The notes under the pieces are model-generated. The model saw nothing but the letters and a program-made list of their open reading frames with translations. It had not been told where the DNA came from and made no database searches. A DNA stretch of 48,534 nucleotides from Candidatus Omnitrophota bacterium (GTDB taxonomy: Bacteria > Omnitrophota > Gorgyraeia > Duberdicusellales > 4484-171), in NCBI GenBank assembly GCA_023819315.1, contig JAMWBQ010000001.1, positions 1 to 48,534 on the forward strand, read 5' to 3'. A program made the position numbers and the translations under genes. Positions 47,510 through 48,534 of the stretch are shown in pieces. Positions within the stretch are counted from its first letter, which is position 1; each line of letters opens with the position of its first letter.

Positions 47510-48534
47510 TTGACTTATTTTTCAATTTCCACAGTATTGACTTTTTTTATTAGTTTGAGTTTAGGAATTTTCGTATTGTTTAAAAATTATAGAGGAACAA
47601 TAAATAGGCTATTTTTCTTCTTATCGCTTAGTGTAAGTATATGGAGTATGGGACTTAGGAATATGGCTATATCAAAGACACATGATTTAGCTTTACTATG
47701 GATTAAAATTTCTTATTTGGGAGTATTTTTTATCCCCTCTATTTTTCTCCACTTTATGTGTGCTCTTTTGGATATTCAGGAAAGCAAGAGACAAATCATA
47801 AATTTAGGATACATTCTGAGTTTCCTTTTCCTTATTTTGAATTTATTCACAAAATTAATTATAGTTGATGTAAGCCCAAAATTTTTCTTTAACTATTATG
47901 GGGATATAGGGGAATTATATTTATTGTTTATAGGGATGTTTCTATTCTTTTCTATCTACGGAATTTATTTATGTTTCAAAAATTTTAAAAATATTTCAGC
48001 TTTTAAAAAAAATCAAGTTAAATATGTGATTATTGCATCTATAGTTGGATTCGGAGGTAGTTTTGATACATTCTTACCAAAATTTAATATTCCTATGCTT
48101 TATCAAGGGATACAATTTGTGCCTTTATACCTTCTGATTGTATCCTATGCTATCATTAAATATCGCTTAATGGATATCAAGCTTGCCAGACAATATCTAA
48201 CGATGAATATTTTCTATGGTATAGTGGCTTCCGTAATATTCATAGCCTTGGCTTTCTTTTTAAGACAATGGTTTTGGGGGATCGCGGTGGTAATATTTTT
48301 AGCTGTTCTTCTTAGCCCTTATCTTCATCAAAAAATGACAAAATTTTTAGAGCCAGCTTTTTTAGGAGAGACGTTTCGTATTTGGGATAGACTAAGATAT
48401 TTCTGGGGAAAGCCAAGGATAGTCTTTACTTCTGCTCAATTAGCTGATAACCTAAAGGAGATGCCTGAGGTAATGGGTTTAGATAGTTTTAGTTTCTTTT
48501 TGTTTAATCAAGATAGAGATGTATTTATACCCCA
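47510..48534 (+). CDS. Multi-pass membrane sensor N-terminal domain (HisKA_7TM-like), partial
   Basis: An open frame from TTG at 47510 (GGGAGG lies 6 nt upstream) to the window edge with no stop. It has about 8-9 hydrophobic segments, and IIKYRLMDIK is typical of 7TM sensor-kinase/cyclase N-termini. The output domain lies outside the window. Confidence 0.5.
   Translation, partial: MTYFSISTVLTFFISLSLGIFVLFKNYRGTINRLFFFLSLSVSIWSMGLRNMAISKTHDLALLWIKISYLGVFFIPSIFLHFMCALLDIQESKRQIINLGYILSFLFLILNLFTKLIIVDVSPKFFFNYYGDIGELYLLFIGMFLFFSIYGIYLCFKNFKNISAFKKNQVKYVIIASIVGFGGSFDTFLPKFNIPMLYQGIQFVPLYLLIVSYAIIKYRLMDIKLARQYLTMNIFYGIVASVIFIALAFFLRQWFWGIAVVIFLAVLLSPYLHQKMTKFLEPAFLGETFRIWDRLRYFWGKPRIVFTSAQLADNLKEMPEVMGLDSFSFFLFNQDRDVFIP

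Overview
This is an AT-rich bacterial chromosomal segment centred on the replication origin.

**Left of about 25.3 kb, every supported gene is on the minus strand:**
- an SF1 helicase, a DUF72 protein, a ComM/YifB-like ATPase, a PilZ protein and an orphan family-5 substrate-binding protein (SBP)
- secG-tpiA-pgk
- a pyrD...pyrK operon interrupted by yjbQ, mutM, a DUF486 gene and a pabB-pabC fusion
- rsmI, glmS and tRNA-Glu
- gyrA, gyrB, a DUF721 gene, dnaN and dnaA

**Right of it, every gene is on the plus strand:**
- rpmH-yidD-yidC
- two palindromic parS sites plus parAB
- ndk and yicC-gmk-rpoZ
- tRNA-Cys, tRNA-Leu, tRNA-Val and tRNA-Asp
- a GT2 glycosyltransferase and a half-size TSUP protein
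- a PyrR-attenuated pyrR-pyrB-pyrC block that runs without a break into a Mut7-C nuclease, an EndoQ-like PHP nuclease, a flavodoxin, tRNA-Arg and pyrF
- a V-type ATPase operon in the order E-x-A-B-D-I
- an acyl carrier protein, a triple-frameshifted HMG-CoA-reductase-like pseudogene, and the start of a multi-TM sensor

I found no CRISPR array, IS element or transposase, integrase, prophage or recognisable defence genes. I do not see a clear-cut novel multi-gene system. This is mostly core, origin-proximal DNA.

**Leads most worth a second look:**
1. The V-ATPase operon ends without a proteolipid (K/c) gene. It abuts a 395-nt ORF-free leader, an ACP gene and a decaying HMGR-like gene.
2. A tightly coupled Mut7-C/EndoQ/flavodoxin block is embedded in the PyrR-controlled pyrimidine operon.
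3. rnpA is absent from the rpmH-yidD junction.
4. pyrD and pyrK are separated by four unrelated genes within one apparent operon.
5. The origin architecture combines back-to-back dnaA and rpmH promoters, DnaA-box-like repeats in the dnaA leader and twin parS sites.

All product calls come from recognising motifs and families by eye in the supplied ORF translations. No database search or computation was run.
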